DNA of 64,000 bases, taken from assembly GCF_018350175.1 (NCBI RefSeq), contig NC_058376.1, positions 82,894,001-82,958,000 on the forward strand, in the 5' to 3' direction. The first letter of the stretch is position 1, and each line of letters begins with the position of its first letter. The stretch is from Felis catus (lineage: Eukaryota). Shown piece by piece: positions 48,560 through 61,290 of this stretch. The notes below the pieces were generated by a model that saw nothing but the letters and a program-made list of their open reading frames with translations, ran no database searches and was not told the DNA's origin. Made by a program: the position numbers and the translations under genes.

Positions 48560-49640
48560 CACACAGAAACTCTGTTAATTTTGGTTACATAAAAATTAAG
48601 TATTTCGTCTCCACAAAATACTTATGAATTACAAAGAGAAAAATGCAGTTTACAGCATAGCAACCTCCAGACACCACCGTAACCAAGTAATCAAAATTAA
48701 CATCACCAGTAATGGGACAAATTGACATCACATGCCTCCTGATAAGATACACTGAGAAGGTACAGCCTCAGTCCTATGATATTCCTGCCAAAAATCATAG
48801 CCTGAATCTAATCATAAGGAAACACCAGACTAACTCAAATTGAGGGACTTTTCTACAAGATAATTGTCCTGTACTTTTCCAAAATGTCAAGGTCATGAAA
48901 GATAAAGACGGAAGCATTGTTCCAGATCAAAGAAGGCTAAAGAGACAGGACAATTAAATGCAATGTGTAATCCTGGATCAAAAACAATTTTGTTTTCTTT
49001 TTCTATAAAGGAAATTGATGGTACAACTGGCAAATTTTTGGATAAACTCTATAGATAATGATATATATCAATATTTCCTGATATATCAGTGTTTATTTCC
49101 TGAGTTTGAGGATGGTACTGTGGTTACATAAGGAAAGTCTTTGTTTTTAAAAAACAACATATTGGGATATTGAGAAATAAAGGAACCTCATGTTCACAAC
49201 TTAGTCTCATACTATTTAGGAAAAAATTATACACACACTTACACACAAATATACACAGAATGATAAAGCAAATGTGGCAACATGGCAACATTTGGGGAAT
49301 CTGGCTGAGGGGAAGAGCAGAATTCTTTGTAACATTTTGCAATGTTTCTCCAAGTCTGAAATTATTTCAAAATAAAATGTTACAAAAATTAAGGATTTCT
49401 GTTTAGCGAAGGACATTAAGGAGAAAGTTAATAGCTGGCACAATGAGAGAAAGTCTTTCCATACATATACATTTATAGGTTTACATGTTCATGAGATTAT
49501 AGATGAATTTTGGAAAGATTGTCTAAGAAACTGGTAACAATGGTTTCTTTACAGAAGACAGGACTAAAATTGGAAGTGAGGGGGGTATTAACTTTGAATA
49601 TACCATTGCATTCTTCAAGTTGTTCCAACATTCATGTATT
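48560..49640 (+). mobile_element. Old L1M (L1MC/MD-like) 3' end
   Basis: aaccaagtaatcaaaattaacatcaccagtaatggg...aactcaaattgagggac...ttttgcaatgtttctccaagtctgaaattatttcaaaataaaatgtt pattern. Confidence 0.6.
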
Positions 49641-49875
49641 ACTTTTATATTTTAAACATATTTTTGAAATTTGAAACAATCTCAAGTATACAGAAAATGT
49701 GAAGTACAGAACAAAGATCTTCCTCCTCCCCCTGATTTAATGTGTATTTTCTACAAAGACATTCTACATAACCACAGCACAACCATCAAATTAAGGGAAT
49801 AAACTCAATACATTTCTACCATCTAATCCTCTAACTCCAATCCAGTTCTGTCTAGTGTCCCAATAGCATCCTTTG

Positions 49876-49950
49876 TAATAATAATAATAAGAGGAGGAGG
49901 AGGAGGAGGAGGGGGAGGGGGAGGAGGAAAGGGAAGGGGAAGAAGGAGAT
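49876..49950. repeat. Compound (AAT)n-(GAG)n purine-rich simple repeat
   Basis: taataataataataagaggaggaggaggaggagga... read directly. Confidence 0.85.
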
Positions 49951-50737
49951 CCAATTCAGATCATGTGTTGCATTTTGTCAAATCTCTGTAGTCTATTCTC
50001 TCTGGAACAGTTCCTCAGTCTTTCTTTCCTTGACCAGCGTGACGCTGACATTTTGACAAGTACAGCATATTTATTCTGTAAAAGGTCCCTCAATTTGGAT
50101 TTGTCTGATGCTTCCTCATGCATGTGTTCTTCTGATTGCATCCTATTAGGTGGCATAAGATTTTGATTTTACATTGCTGATGATATTGACTTTACCTGTT
50201 TAAGGTAGTGTCTGCTAGGCTTCTCTCCTGTAAAGCAACTGCTTTTCTCTTTAGAATAAATAAATGTTTGGTGTGGAAGTATTTTAAAAACATGTATCTC
50301 ATTCCTCACCAAACGTTTAATGTATTCATGTATTTATACATATCAGTATGTATTCCTATTTTACACAGGGGTTATAACTTCTTACTATCATTATTCACAC
50401 TGATGCTGAAACCATCCCTAATTTGCCCAGTGGGAGCACGTCAAGCTGACTTGTGTCCTTCTTACATGTCCCAATTATTCCTTCATCGTCTTTGCTTTCT
50501 AGTACAAGAGTTCTAGACGCATCTTGTATCTTTTCTCCCTCAGCCCAAGAACCAGCTTTTTCACTAGGGAACTCTGGCACTTTACAGTGAAGAATGTATT
50601 TAGAAGCCAAGATTTGGACACTGGATGTGCTCATTGCAATTGGGGTGGGGCTGTCACTTCTCCAAGGCCCTCTCAATAGCCAGAGCTGGGACAGAGCTAT
50701 ATATTCACTTACATCTGTATTTATTTCCATGTCTCTC

Positions 50738-50938
50738 TTTTTTTTAATGTTTATTTATTCTTGAGAGACAGAGCATGTGCATGGGAGGGGCAGAGAGAGG
50801 GAGACACAGAATCTGAAGCAGGCTCCAGGCTCCGAGCTGTCAGCACAAAGCCTGATGGGGGGCTTGAACCCACAAACCGTGATATCATGACCTGAGCTGA
50901 AGTCAGATGCTTAACTGACTGAGTCACCCAGGCGCCCC
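50738..50938 (-). mobile_element. Feliform CAN-SINE
   Basis: caggctccaggctccgagc...gtcacccaggcgcccc; tttccatgt on both flanks. Confidence 0.9.
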
Positions 50939-51034
50939 TTTCCATGTTTCTTTGTATTGAAAACCATGAATTTACACCATTATCTCCAACTTTCACCCAG
51001 CGTCACAATGTTGGTTCTAGTTTTCTTTTTCTTC

Positions 51035-51240
51035 TTCTTTTTTTAAGGTTTATTTATTTTTGAGAGAGAGAGAGAGAGAGAGCATAAGTGGGGGAGGGGC
51101 AGAGAGAGTGGAGGACAGATGATTCAAAGCACCTCTGTGCTGACAGCAGAGAGCCCGATGGGACACTTGGACTCACAAACCATGAGATCATGACTTGAGA
51201 CTACTCAGAGGCTTAACCAACGGAGCCACACATGCGTCCC
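51035..51240 (-). mobile_element. CAN-SINE
   Basis: Diverged reverse SINE with (GA)n. Confidence 0.8.
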
Positions 51241-51246
51241 TCTTAT

Positions 51247-51455
51247 CTTTTTTTTTTTAATGTTTTTTTATTTTGAGAGAGAGAGAGAGTGAGAGGGCAA
51301 GAGGGGGAAGGACAGAGAGAGAGGGAGAGAATCCCAAGCAGGCTCCATACTCAGCGCAGATCTCCATGCAGGGCTCGATTCCCGGACCATGAGATCACCA
51401 CTCGAGCTGATCTCAAGAGTCTGATGCTTAACCGACTGAGCCACCCAGGTGCCCC
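51247..51455 (-). mobile_element. CAN-SINE tandem to the previous copy
   Basis: aatcccaagcaggctcc...ccacccaggtgcccc. Confidence 0.85.
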
Positions 51456-51939
51456 AAGTTTTCTCTCTTCCTGTATTGTCATCTCCTTTTCCAACTGTGA
51501 GAATCTTGCCTCATTTTCCCTGATGTATTTATTCATACTTTCAACCCCCCTATTGCCGCCTCCCTCTTCCACACCCAGAAGCCCTCCCCACTCCAACCTT
51601 CCCCAACACCCTGTCCTGGTCTTTCCCTCCTTGCCCTGCTTGGGCTCTTCTCTCCACACCAGGCTGCACTCCTACCTCCCCTGCTGCAAGTACACCATCT
51701 TTACCCTGTTGGGTCTCTGATATGCATGGATGTCCTCACCTCACTTGGGCTCTGATGCTTCACACTGAGCCATCTTCTTCCAAAGATGCCCTCCTCAGCC
51801 TGTTCAGGTTCTGACACCCTGCTCGGGCTCGTTGAGGTAGACCTCATCCTAGTGTGAACAACTACATTGCTCTCCCTCACTTGATGGCTTCAGGACTGAA
51901 TTGTTCAAGAAGGGAAGGGAAGGAAAGAAGAGGAGTTTT

Positions 51940-52260
51940 TTTAATTTTTAAAAGTGCATGAGCACATTTACAGCAATGAAACTAGTCTGTATGATACTAT
52001 AACGGTGGATATGTGTCATTATATGTTTGCCAAACCCATCGAATATACAACTCTAAGAGTGAGCCCTAATGTAAACTATGGACTTTGGGTGATAGTGACA
52101 TGTCAATGTAGGTTCATAAATTGTAATGATGTACCACTCCCATAGGGGATATTAAAAATAGGGGAGGCTATGCATGTGTAGAGGCATGTGGTATATGGGA
52201 AATCTGTGTACCTTCCCCTCAATTTTGCTGTGAACCTAAAACATCTCTGAAAGATAAACA
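51940..52260 (+). mobile_element. L1MA/MB 3' terminal fragment
   Basis: ctgtatgatactataacggtggat...gagtgagccctaatgtaaactatggactttgggtgatagtgacatgtcaatgtaggttc...gctgtgaacctaaaac. Confidence 0.7.
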
Positions 52261-52306
52261 TATTTTTTAACAGGTTAGAATTTTATTTCCTGCAAGAAAA
52301 TTGCAT

Positions 52307-52695
52307 GTTTATGCAGCATTATTTACAACAGCCAAATTATGGAAGCAGCCCAAGTGTCCATTGCTAGATGACACACAGCAATGGAATATTATTCAGCCAT
52401 AAAAAGAAGGAAATCTTGCCATTGGCAACAACATGGATGGAGCCAGAGAGTATAATGCTAAGTGAGATAAGTCAATGAGAGAAAGAAAAATACCATATGA
52501 TTTCACCCATATGTGGAATCTAAGAAACAAAGCAGATGAGCAGAAGAAAAAAAGAGAGACAAATGAAGAGACAGACTCTCTTTTTTAAAAACAAACTTGT
52601 AACTATAGAGAACAAACTGATGGTTACCAGAGGGGAGGTGGGGGAGGGGTTGGGTGAAATAGGTGAAGGGGATTCAAGAGTGAACTTATCCAAAG

Positions 52696-52750
<55 letters not shown>

Positions 52751-52860
52751 CTTATGATGAGCCCAGAGAATTGTGGAATCACTATCTGTACACCTGAAAC
52801 TAATATAACACAGTATGCTCACTACACTGGAATTAAAATAAAAAATTTAGTAAAAAAAGA
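52307..52860 (+). mobile_element. 5'-truncated carnivore L1 3' end
   Basis: L1 ORF2 C-terminal/3' UTR sequence (gccattggcaacaacatggatggagccagagagtataatgctaag), A-rich tail, TSD TGCAAGAAAATTGCAT at 52291-52306 and 52872-52887. Confidence 0.85.
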
Positions 52861-53825
52861 ACTTCACTTCTTGCAAGAAAATTGCATCTCTATGATATGT
52901 TGATTCCGTAGTATAATCGTGATTACTGAAAAATGGCTGTATGAGTAACTTGACACTTTACACTACTAATTCTGTTAGAAACCCTTTTATAAACTGCAAA
53001 GAAAACGAAGAGAAACAAAAAACTGAAACTTATCCTGTGGTAAATATCAAAGCTATCACAAAATGGCAATCAGACATTACATTCCTCCGGGTAAGAATAT
53101 GCAACACACTGTAAGCATTGTCGTGGGGTGAGGACAAAGCATGGCAAATTCGGGGAGGGGAGGATTCACAGGGCAGGCAAAACAAAGGGGTAGAGATGAA
53201 ACAAGATTAACTAATTTGAACCATGAATGATAATCATTGAAGCTGGTTAACATGAACATGGGGCTCATTATTCTGTGTCTCTAATCTTGTATATATTTGC
53301 GATTTCTCATAATAAATAGTTTAAAATATCTACTGCAAAATTAAAGAGAATACGTAGCATCACTTTTTTTTTTTAAGTTCAAGATCAAGCCTTGACATAC
53401 ACAACTAATATCTCACTAGCAACCTGGGTGATCGGGATGTCCAAGTGCTCTGCCATATTCTTTCTCCCAAAGTTGCTGCACCAGCTGTTCCAACGGAAAG
53501 AACCACGTACATCACCAAATCATACAAATATCCCTACGGGCCTGCTGGGGTGCAGGTCAGGAAGGCCAGTGATGTGTAGCTATGGAGATAAGAATATTCC
53601 TTTCCACAAACATTTTCTAAGATTGCTATTGTATACCTGACTCAACACTGGCCCAAGGAGGGATTCCTAGATCAATTCCTTGTCCTGCCACTTTGACACA
53701 ACAGATGCTCCTCTCAAGGCAGAGAACACATTCTTCATTTCAATGGGTTGGATGCCAAGTGCCCTCTGAATCCAGAAGGAGAGCTGGGAGACTATTTAAG
53801 GAGGAAGGCGTTTTTGTAAATAAAT

Positions 53826-54053
53826 GGGGGCGAGGGGGTGAGGCTGGGTGGCTCAGTTGGCAAGCATCCAACTCTTGATTTCGGCTCAGGTCATGATCTC
53901 ATGATCCGTGAGTTCGAGTCCCATGTTGGGCTCTGTGCTGATAGCAAGGAGCCTGCTTGGGATTCGCTCTCCCTCTCTCTGCCCCTCTTCTGCTCTGCAT
54001 GTGCACGCTCTCTCTCCCTCTCTCAAAGACAGATGTTTAAGCTTGAAAAAAAA
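53826..54053 (+). mobile_element. CAN-SINE
   Basis: gctgggtggctcagttggcaagcatccaactc...A tail. Confidence 0.85.
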
Positions 54054-54211
54054 TAGATAGATGATAGATAAAGTTATCTTGAGACAGATTATGCTGCCTC
54101 CATTCTTCCTTTATTGTGAATTACCCTAATCTCTGTTTATTTTTCTGACACTCTCTACTGTGTAGTATGTTCTACAAGTTCACCTGTTCTCTGAGTGTGG
54201 GTGGCTTTACC

Positions 54212-54240
54212 TTTTTTTTTTTTCTTTAAGTTTATTGATT

Positions 54241-54296
<56 letters not shown>

Positions 54297-54459
54297 ACAC
54301 TCGCAGGAGCTGGGGAGGGGTAGAGAAGGGGGTGGGGGAGAGAATCTCAAGCAGGCTCTACACTATCAGCCCGGGACTTGATCTCACAAACCTCGAGATC
54401 ATGACCTGAGCTGAAATCAAGAGTTGGATGCTTAACTGACTGAGCCACCCAGGCACCCC
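54212..54459 (-). mobile_element. CAN-SINE with long (GA)n
   Basis: gagatcatgacctgagctgaaatcaagag...ccacccaggcacccc. Confidence 0.88.
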
Positions 54460-55161
54460 TAATTTTACCTTTTCTATGCAGCTCAATGCATTTTGCTGCA
54501 CAAAATTTGTCTATATCTCCACTGTCTCAGAAGCTTAAAATCTCCAATGCTCAATAGACTTTAGGGAATACATTACCATGACAGAGATTAAGAGCTGATA
54601 TTAAAATTCCTAGCCTAATAATTTTGCTAAACAAGAATTCTCAAATACGTAGAAAAAGAAAGCTACTGTATATAATAAGAAAAAAAGTTCAGGAAAGTTA
54701 AAACAAAGTGTGAGTGACAATATTGAGGGCAGAGAATTATAGAGGTTCTTTAACAAATGACTACAGCCTTGATACATCCTTTCAGATTCTGTAAGATTTC
54801 CTTGCTTCTTTTCCCTCTCTTGAAAGTCTTTGTACACAAAAGAAAGTCTTGTCCAAGTCAGTATGAATCAGGTTCTGATAATAATAGTAACCTCCATTTA
54901 TTTTGTACCTAATGTATGCAAAGCTCTATATCAAGTGCTTTATACACATTACCTCATTCAATCATTATAGCTCTTTGGTGTAAATACTTTAATCCCTATA
55001 CTACCAATTAAACACTCAGAGAGACAATGTGCACACAGATGTTTATTGTGGCATTTATCCATAACAGTGAAAATTTAGAAGCAACTCAAATATCCAACAA
55101 AGAAATTTTAAATAAGCTATGATACATCTGCTCGGTAGACTATTTCATAGCCATTAAAGTT

Positions 55162-55355
55162 TTTATTTTATTTTATTTAAAAAATGATTGTTCAATTATT
55201 TTTGAGAGGGAGAGAGAGGGAGGGGCAGAGAGAGAGGGAGACCGAGCATCCCAAGTAGGCTCCACACTGCCAGCTCAGAGCCCAATGCGGGGCTCAAACC
55301 CATGAATCTGAGATCTTGACCTGAGCCGAAACAGATTGAGCCACGCAGGTGCTCT
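55162..55355 (-). mobile_element. CAN-SINE
   Basis: catcccaagtaggctcc...gagccacgcaggtgctc. Confidence 0.8.
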
Positions 55356-55714
55356 GCCGTTAAAAATTTTAATTATGAAAACTGTAATAGCAACTACAAA
55401 AAAGAAAAAGAGTTTTTGATATAGAGATAATGTTAAGTTTAAAGACAAATACAAAATAGCAAGGCTACCATGACTGTAAAAATGCAATTATATATAGTGT
55501 GTTCATGAAGAAAAATCTGGCAAGGTACAAATGAAGGCATTGTGAGTAATTTCCCCCTCTGCTTTCAAACGCCCTGCATTTGTTGTATTTATAATAAAAA
55601 GGGCAGGGACTGGTCATTGGGAAGCATGAGCTGATATTGAAGAAGGGGAGCACTTCGGAGGAATACAGAAGCTTGGCTGGGGTGAGCCCACTCTGCAACG
55701 GGGGAAAGTAAAAC

Positions 55715-56450
55715 AGGGATTGGTTTCGGTTAGCCTCCTGCGTCAACTTGGCTGGGCTAGAGTACCTGGTTATTTAATCAAACACGAATCTGGGTGTGGC
55801 TGTGAAGGTGTTTTCTAGATGTGGTTAACCATCACCTGGTGCGCCTCATCCCATCAGCTGAAAAGTCTTGCAAACAAAAAACTGAGGTTTCTCAGAAAAG
55901 AAACTCTGCCTCAAGACTGCAGTGTTAGTTCCTCCCTGAGTTTCCAGCTTGCTGGCCCATCTACAGATTCCAGACTATCCAGTTCCCGCAATCATGTAAA
56001 TCAATTCTTTCAGATAAATATATATATATTTATCAGCCTAACTACATCAGTGTTTTCCAGAAAAACAGAATCATTAGGATATATATACATATAAGAAAAA
56101 ATATACATATGTGTATATATATATGTGTATATATATGTGTATATGTGTATACAATATGTNNNNNNNNNNNNNNNNNNNNNNNNNNNNNNNNNNNNNNNNN
56201 NNNNNNNNNNNNNNNNNNNNNNNNNNNNNNNNNNNNNNNNNNNNNNNNNNNNNNNNNNNNNNNNNNNNNNNNNNNNNNNNNNNNNNNNNNNNNNNNNNNN
56301 NNNNNNNNNNNNNNNNNNNNNNNNNNNNNNNNNNNNNNNNNNNNNNNNNNNNNNNNNNNNNNNNNNNNNNNNNNNNNNNNNNNNNNNNNNNNNNNNNNNN
56401 NNNNNNNNNNNNNNNNNNNNNNNNTTTTCTGGAAAACACTGATGTAGTTA
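55715..56450 (+). mobile_element. ERVL MLT2-family LTR with internal (AT)n and gap
   Basis: gtcaacttggctgggctagagtacc...gtgaaggtgttttctagatgtggttaacc...gcctcaagactgcag...caatcatgtaaatcaattc followed by (AT)n. Confidence 0.75.
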
Positions 56451-56638
56451 GGCTGTTACCTGGGAAAGCAGCGGGTGTCTCTAATGCGTCTCTGCTAAGC
56501 AGCATCCCCTTCATGAATTTGCCCCTGAAGAGTCTGTTTCTAGACCTTATAGGCTAAACACTTGGTCCTCACCAAGTCTTAGAGTTGAAAAGATAACACA
56601 GTTTGCACAAGCCTAAACCTTAAAACCACAATGTCAAT

Positions 56639-56990
56639 TGTAGTGGTTTTAAAACAAGTCCACAGATTCTTTGACACTCCTCCCTTCAAAAAAGTGGAGC
56701 CTAATCCCCTACCCTTGAGTGTGAGTGAGGTGCTTCTAAGAAATAGAATGTGCTGAAAGTGATGGTGGGTGACCTGTGGGTCATAAAAGTCATCGTGGCT
56801 TCCTCCTTGCTTTCTCCCTCGGGTGGCTTGCTCTGGGGAACCAGGCACTCAGTTGTGAGGATACTCGAGCAACTCTGGGTAGAGATCCACAAGGGGAGGA
56901 ACAGAGGCCACTGCAGATATGCGAGTGGAGGTCGCTCTGTGGTCAGTCAAGCCTCTAGAACCTTACAGATGAATAGAACTTGTGCTGCCT
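56639..56990 (+). mobile_element. ERVL-MaLR solo LTR (MLT1F/G-like)
   Basis: tgtagtggttttaaaacaagtccacagattctttgacactcctcccttcaaaaaagtggagcctaatcccctacccttgagtgtg. Confidence 0.75.
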
Positions 56991-57493
56991 AAATGTCTAT
57001 CTCTGGCTTAGCCTAAACCGTAAGAATGAGAAGCATAGGACAAACTTATTCTTAGCAATATAATAGTTATTTTTCCTGTAATACGCTCATGGCTCATGTT
57101 TTTGGTCAAACTTGAGACACTTTATCATTAAAGTGCCTATAAATTTAAATAGGCCCATGTTAACGTGAAAAGAAAAAAGTGACATTCACATTACAGAGTC
57201 CAAAGAAGTCTGAAAATGCAGGGAAAGCAGTGTATCTATTGCTTAAAGCCCTTTCTAAGTTTCCTGCAAGTTCCCAGCAGTTGGGCCCTTATGTTTTCAT
57301 TCCTATGACCATGCCTGGCTCGGAACTCTTCCATCATTATTATTTTTTGTTCCACACTGCATTGATTCGGGCTCTTGCTTGATTTCAAAAAGCAAAAATA
57401 CAAGCAACAACAGCAGAAATCACTTACAAAAGATTGAGATAACTGAGGGTTTTGAGTCTCAGAAATGCAAATAACTTCAAAGAATTGGCCCTT

Positions 57494-57612
57494 GGGGGTG
57501 CCTGGGTGGCTCAGTCCTTTAAGGTCTGACTTCTGGCTCAGGGCATGAGCTCTCTGCCCATCCCCCGCTCATGCTCTCTCTCAAAAACAAATCTAAAAAA
57601 TGTTTAAAAAAC
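57494..57612 (+). mobile_element. Internally deleted CAN-SINE
   Basis: gggggtgcctgggtggctcag head joined directly to the ctctctgccc tail. Confidence 0.75.
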
Positions 57613-57909
57613 AAAGAATGAACCTTCATTTTTCTTAGACTTTCTCCCCCTCCCCACCCCGCCCCCTTTGTGAAGTGCACTGGTCATCAGGAGGTAACAG
57701 GATCGAACTCAGGACACATGCGTATCTTCTCTTGCCCTCCCTTCCCGGTGACACTCCAACTGCAATGTTCCCACTTCATTTAGCAAAGCCTTATAGTTCT
57801 GTTTTCTAGGGCTCCTCATTGAACAGAACTCACCCTCCTTAGGTGTTCTTCCCAGCCCAGGGGTGTTAATTCTCTTAATCTTTTCAGTGATCATTTTTCT
57901 AACGTTAAA

Positions 57910-58118
57910 AAAAATTTTTTTAGTTTATTTATTTATTTTGAGAGAGAAAGAGCAAGCACGGAAGGGGCAGAGAAAGAGGGAGAGAGAGAATCCCAAGCAG
58001 GCGCCGCATTGTTAGCTCAGAGCCCAATGCAGGGCTCGAACCCATGAACCCATGAGATCATAACCTGAGCCGAAATCAAGAGTCAGCTGCTTAACTGACT
58101 GAGCCACACAGGCACCCC
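57910..58118 (-). mobile_element. CAN-SINE
   Basis: aatcccaagcaggc...gagccacacaggcacccc. Confidence 0.88.
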
Positions 58119-58608
58119 ACGTGTTTTATTTTGTTTTTGTTTTAATTTGCATGCTCTTCCAACTGAGGTGGGCTGTGGCCCTGATATTTGTAATCATCTT
58201 ATGCAAATTATCCTCCCATCTCCAGAGAATTGTACTTCGAGAAGTTAGAGAACTTGGCCTGAGGCACTGAGCTGATGAGTGGTGGGGCCAGGCAGCAGTT
58301 TTGGCTACATCTCCCTAATATGCCAGCTTAGGTGAGTGAGACACTCAAGGGGTCACTTCATGAATACGGTATCAAAACAAGGGGGGTGGTACTGTAATCA
58401 GAACTTTGATGGCACCGGCCTCAGATGGCTCCACCTGTTCATTTCCACAGGAAAGGGTCTCCTAGTAGGACCTCTGGGATTTGGAGCAGTCTCCAGGCCA
58501 CCCTTCCGGGTGGTGCTGGGATGGGCACTGTGGGTTGATACATCCCTTCTTCAGGCAGTTTGGATCAGTCTATGTCCTGTCTCTAGTCGTTTGGAAGCTG
58601 TTCATTCA

Positions 58609-58805
58609 GGGGGCACCTGGGTTGGGCGTCCGACTTCAGCTCAGGTCATGATCTCACAGTTTGTGAGTTTGAGCCCTGCATCGGGCTCTGTGCTGACAGC
58701 TCAGAGCCTGGAGCCTGCTTCGGATTCTGTGTCTCCTTCTCTCTCTGCCCCTCCCCCACTCATGCTCTGTCTCTGCCTCTCAAAAATGAATAAACGTTAA
58801 AAAAA
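58609..58805 (+). mobile_element. Feliform CAN-SINE
   Basis: gggggcacctggg...gctcagagcctggagcctg...A tail. Confidence 0.88.
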
Positions 58806-59257
58806 TAAACAGTGTTTCTTTTCTTGTGCTGGAATCAAATAAGTTGGGTTGGCAATTGTGATTATTTAAGGCTGATCAGAAACTATGACTAGTACCATAT
58901 TATATTTTGATCAAATTTTAACGGGAAAATAACAAATTATATTTGTTTCATACAATCTTTTAACACATGGCAGCATGGCCCGTGTGGGCTGGCAGGCTGC
59001 TCAGATGTGGGTGGCCCACCTAGGGTCCCAGGACTTACTGAGGTCACCACAGCACAGAGATGCTCCTCACCACCTCAGGTACTCAGTGCTAATGTGGTCG
59101 AGGCACCTTGCTGTGCTAGAGCGGGCAAGCTGGAGCTTTGGGCTCACCACGACCTCAGTTCAAGCCCAGCTCAGAGTCTCACGAGTGGCTAGCCCCGAGC
59201 AAGGTGTCTTTAGTTTAGATTTTTTCTGGGCCTCCATTTTCTCACTAATTGAAAACA

Positions 59258-59463
59258 AATTTTTTTTAAGGTTTTCATTTTCAGAGACAGAGACAAAGTG
59301 TGAGTTAGGGAGGAGCAGAGAGAGAAGGAGACATAGAATCTGAAGCAGACTCCAGGGTCTGAGCTATCAGCACAGAACCCGATGCAGGGCTCAAACTCAA
59401 GGACCACGAGATCACGATGAGCTGAAGTTGGACGCTTAACCAACTGAGCCACCCAGGCGCCCC
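59258..59463 (-). mobile_element. Feliform CAN-SINE
   Basis: cagactccagggtctgagc...ccacccaggcgcccc. Confidence 0.88.
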
Positions 59464-59535
59464 TCCGCTTTCTCACTTATAAAGATAATCCATACCTCAC
59501 TGGTTTGTTGTGAGGATTAAATTAGTCAATTCATC

Positions 59536-59752
59536 GGGGTGCCTGGGTGGCTCAGTCGGTTGAGCGTCCGACTTCGGCTCAGGTCATGATCTCGCAGTGT
59601 TTGAGTTCGAGCCCTGCGTCGGGCTCTGTGCTGGCAGCTCAGAGCCTGGAGCCTGCTTCTGATTCTGTGTCTCCCTCTCTCTCTGACCCTCCCCCACTCG
59701 TGCTCTGTCTCTCTCTGCCTCAGAAATAAACATTAAAAGAAAATTAAAAAAA
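59536..59752 (+). mobile_element. Feliform CAN-SINE, head-to-head with the previous copy
   Basis: TSD AAATTAGTCAATTCAT at 59519-59534 and 59760-59775. Confidence 0.92.
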
Positions 59753-60320
59753 TACATCTAAATTAGTCAATTCATGTAAAATGCTTAGAATGATGTTTGG
59801 TACATCGTGTTTAGCATATTATTATTGTTAGATAAAGCCACAGTATTGAAACTCAGAAGAGACTGACATATAAACCAGAGGTCGGTTTATTAATTTGTCA
59901 TTAGAGATGCAGCTGACAAGAGGCCTGAAAATCTAACGTTCCAGTCCGTATATGCTCTCCAGGTGAGAAAGGTCACAGAAGCCAAGTCACAAGCCAAGGA
60001 ATCCAGAGGAAGGTCGAATGGGATGGGGGAATTAGTGGATGAGGCTCTGGGGCCTGTGGTGTCAAGCTGTGATGGATTGGGGCATCCAGTGCCTCGACGC
60101 AAGACCTGCTAAAAAGTCAAGTCGCCAGATAGAGTCTGCCACCTGCCAGCAGGTCTGGGGACCCAGTGACAATGCTTGGTCTCTCATATTCTTTCTTCTC
60201 CATTGCAGGATCCTGGCATTCTTGATTCCAATCACATTTCATATATTGTTCCAGTCACTTATTCTTCCTTAGCTAATTGTGCCTCATTTACCTGATGGCT
60301 CTTAAATGTACCTCCAACCT

Positions 60321-60527
60321 AGGGCACCTGGGTGGCTTAGTCGGTTAAGTGTCCGACTCTTTATTTTGGCTCAGATCATGATCCCAGGGTCCTGAGATCA
60401 AGCCCTGTTGTTGCGCTGCATGCTGTCAGCCAGAGTCTGCTTGGGATTCTCCCTCCTCCTCTCTCTCTCCCTCTCTTTGCCCACCTCCCACTCTCTCTCT
60501 CTCTCAAAATAAACTTAAAAAAAAAAA
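60321..60527 (+). mobile_element. CAN-SINE
   Basis: agggcacctgggtggcttag head; gtacc(t/c)ccaacc on both flanks. Confidence 0.85.
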
Positions 60528-61079
60528 GTACCCCCAACCCTGACACCAAACCACAATGTACAATTTCTTGAATGACTTCATCTCACCCATTGTTCACTAG
60601 TTCTTACTAGTCTTATTCTAAGATAACTCTACTTCCAAGTTCTGGGCGTGCCATACTTTTGTTCTGACTGTAGTATTCATGGAAGAGGAAGACGAAAAAA
60701 TCTTTGGGGGTAAGAAGGTTGAGAATGGCTATACTCAAAGGTCACCAGTACTCAAGAAAAACCTAGACTCCTCTACTGATGGAGAATCCCCAACTTCGAA
60801 CAAAGTATTGAGTGATGGAATAGATTGAATAGAGAACATCCATAAAGAACAAGAGAAGCACGCGTGTGTGTGTAAGAATCTAAAGGATAAGTCTTTGCAG
60901 TGAGAGAAGAATCCAAGACGGGGTCCCTTCTAGGTCCAAGGACACAAAGTTGGAAGTGTGGGTACCTGTCATTTTGGTTGAGGCACCATGACTAAATACA
61001 GTGGTCTTCAGCTCCAGAGCATCATAAATATTACCTCACTAAAATCAGTAAGGCAGTGAAGGTCACAACAAACACTAGT

Positions 61080-61290
61080 TATCATAATGGCTAACATTTA
61101 TGGAACTAGTGGGCCCATGATGAGAATTTTGGTTGTATTATCTAATACAATAAACCTACAATGTAAGGACCATTATTGTTCCCATTTTATAGATCAGGAA
61201 ACTGAGGCACTGAGAGGCATCATTTGCCAAGGTGACATAGCCATTCAATAATAGAATCCAGACTCAAATGCAGTTCTGATTCCAGAGCTC
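61080..61290 (-). mobile_element. MIR
   Basis: cccattttatagatcaggaaactgaggcactgagagg...tgccaaggtgacatagcc. Confidence 0.7.

Larger units (their letters stand above)
49680..51900 (-). mobile_element. Old L1M fragments (reverse) interrupted by SINEs
   Basis: gacattctacataaccacagcacaacc...ctcaatttggatttgtctgatg...aaggtagtgtctgctagg pattern typical of reversed L1MC/MD 3' ends. Confidence 0.55.

Noticed and set aside
52277-52887. Possible 30-bp extended TSD around the L1 at 52307-52860
   Set aside because: Only the inner 16 bp are identical; four mismatches in the outer 14 bp make the extension doubtful.
59033-59200. Strong minus-strand donor CA|GTAAGT at 59038
   Set aside because: No convincing acceptor, and all three frames are closed upstream.
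60674-60709. 36-nt exon-like element TAG|TATTCATGGAAGAGGAAGAC...GGGG|GTAAGA (MEEEDEKIFG)
   Set aside because: No plus-strand host gene nearby and no recognisable protein; such pseudo-exons arise often by chance.
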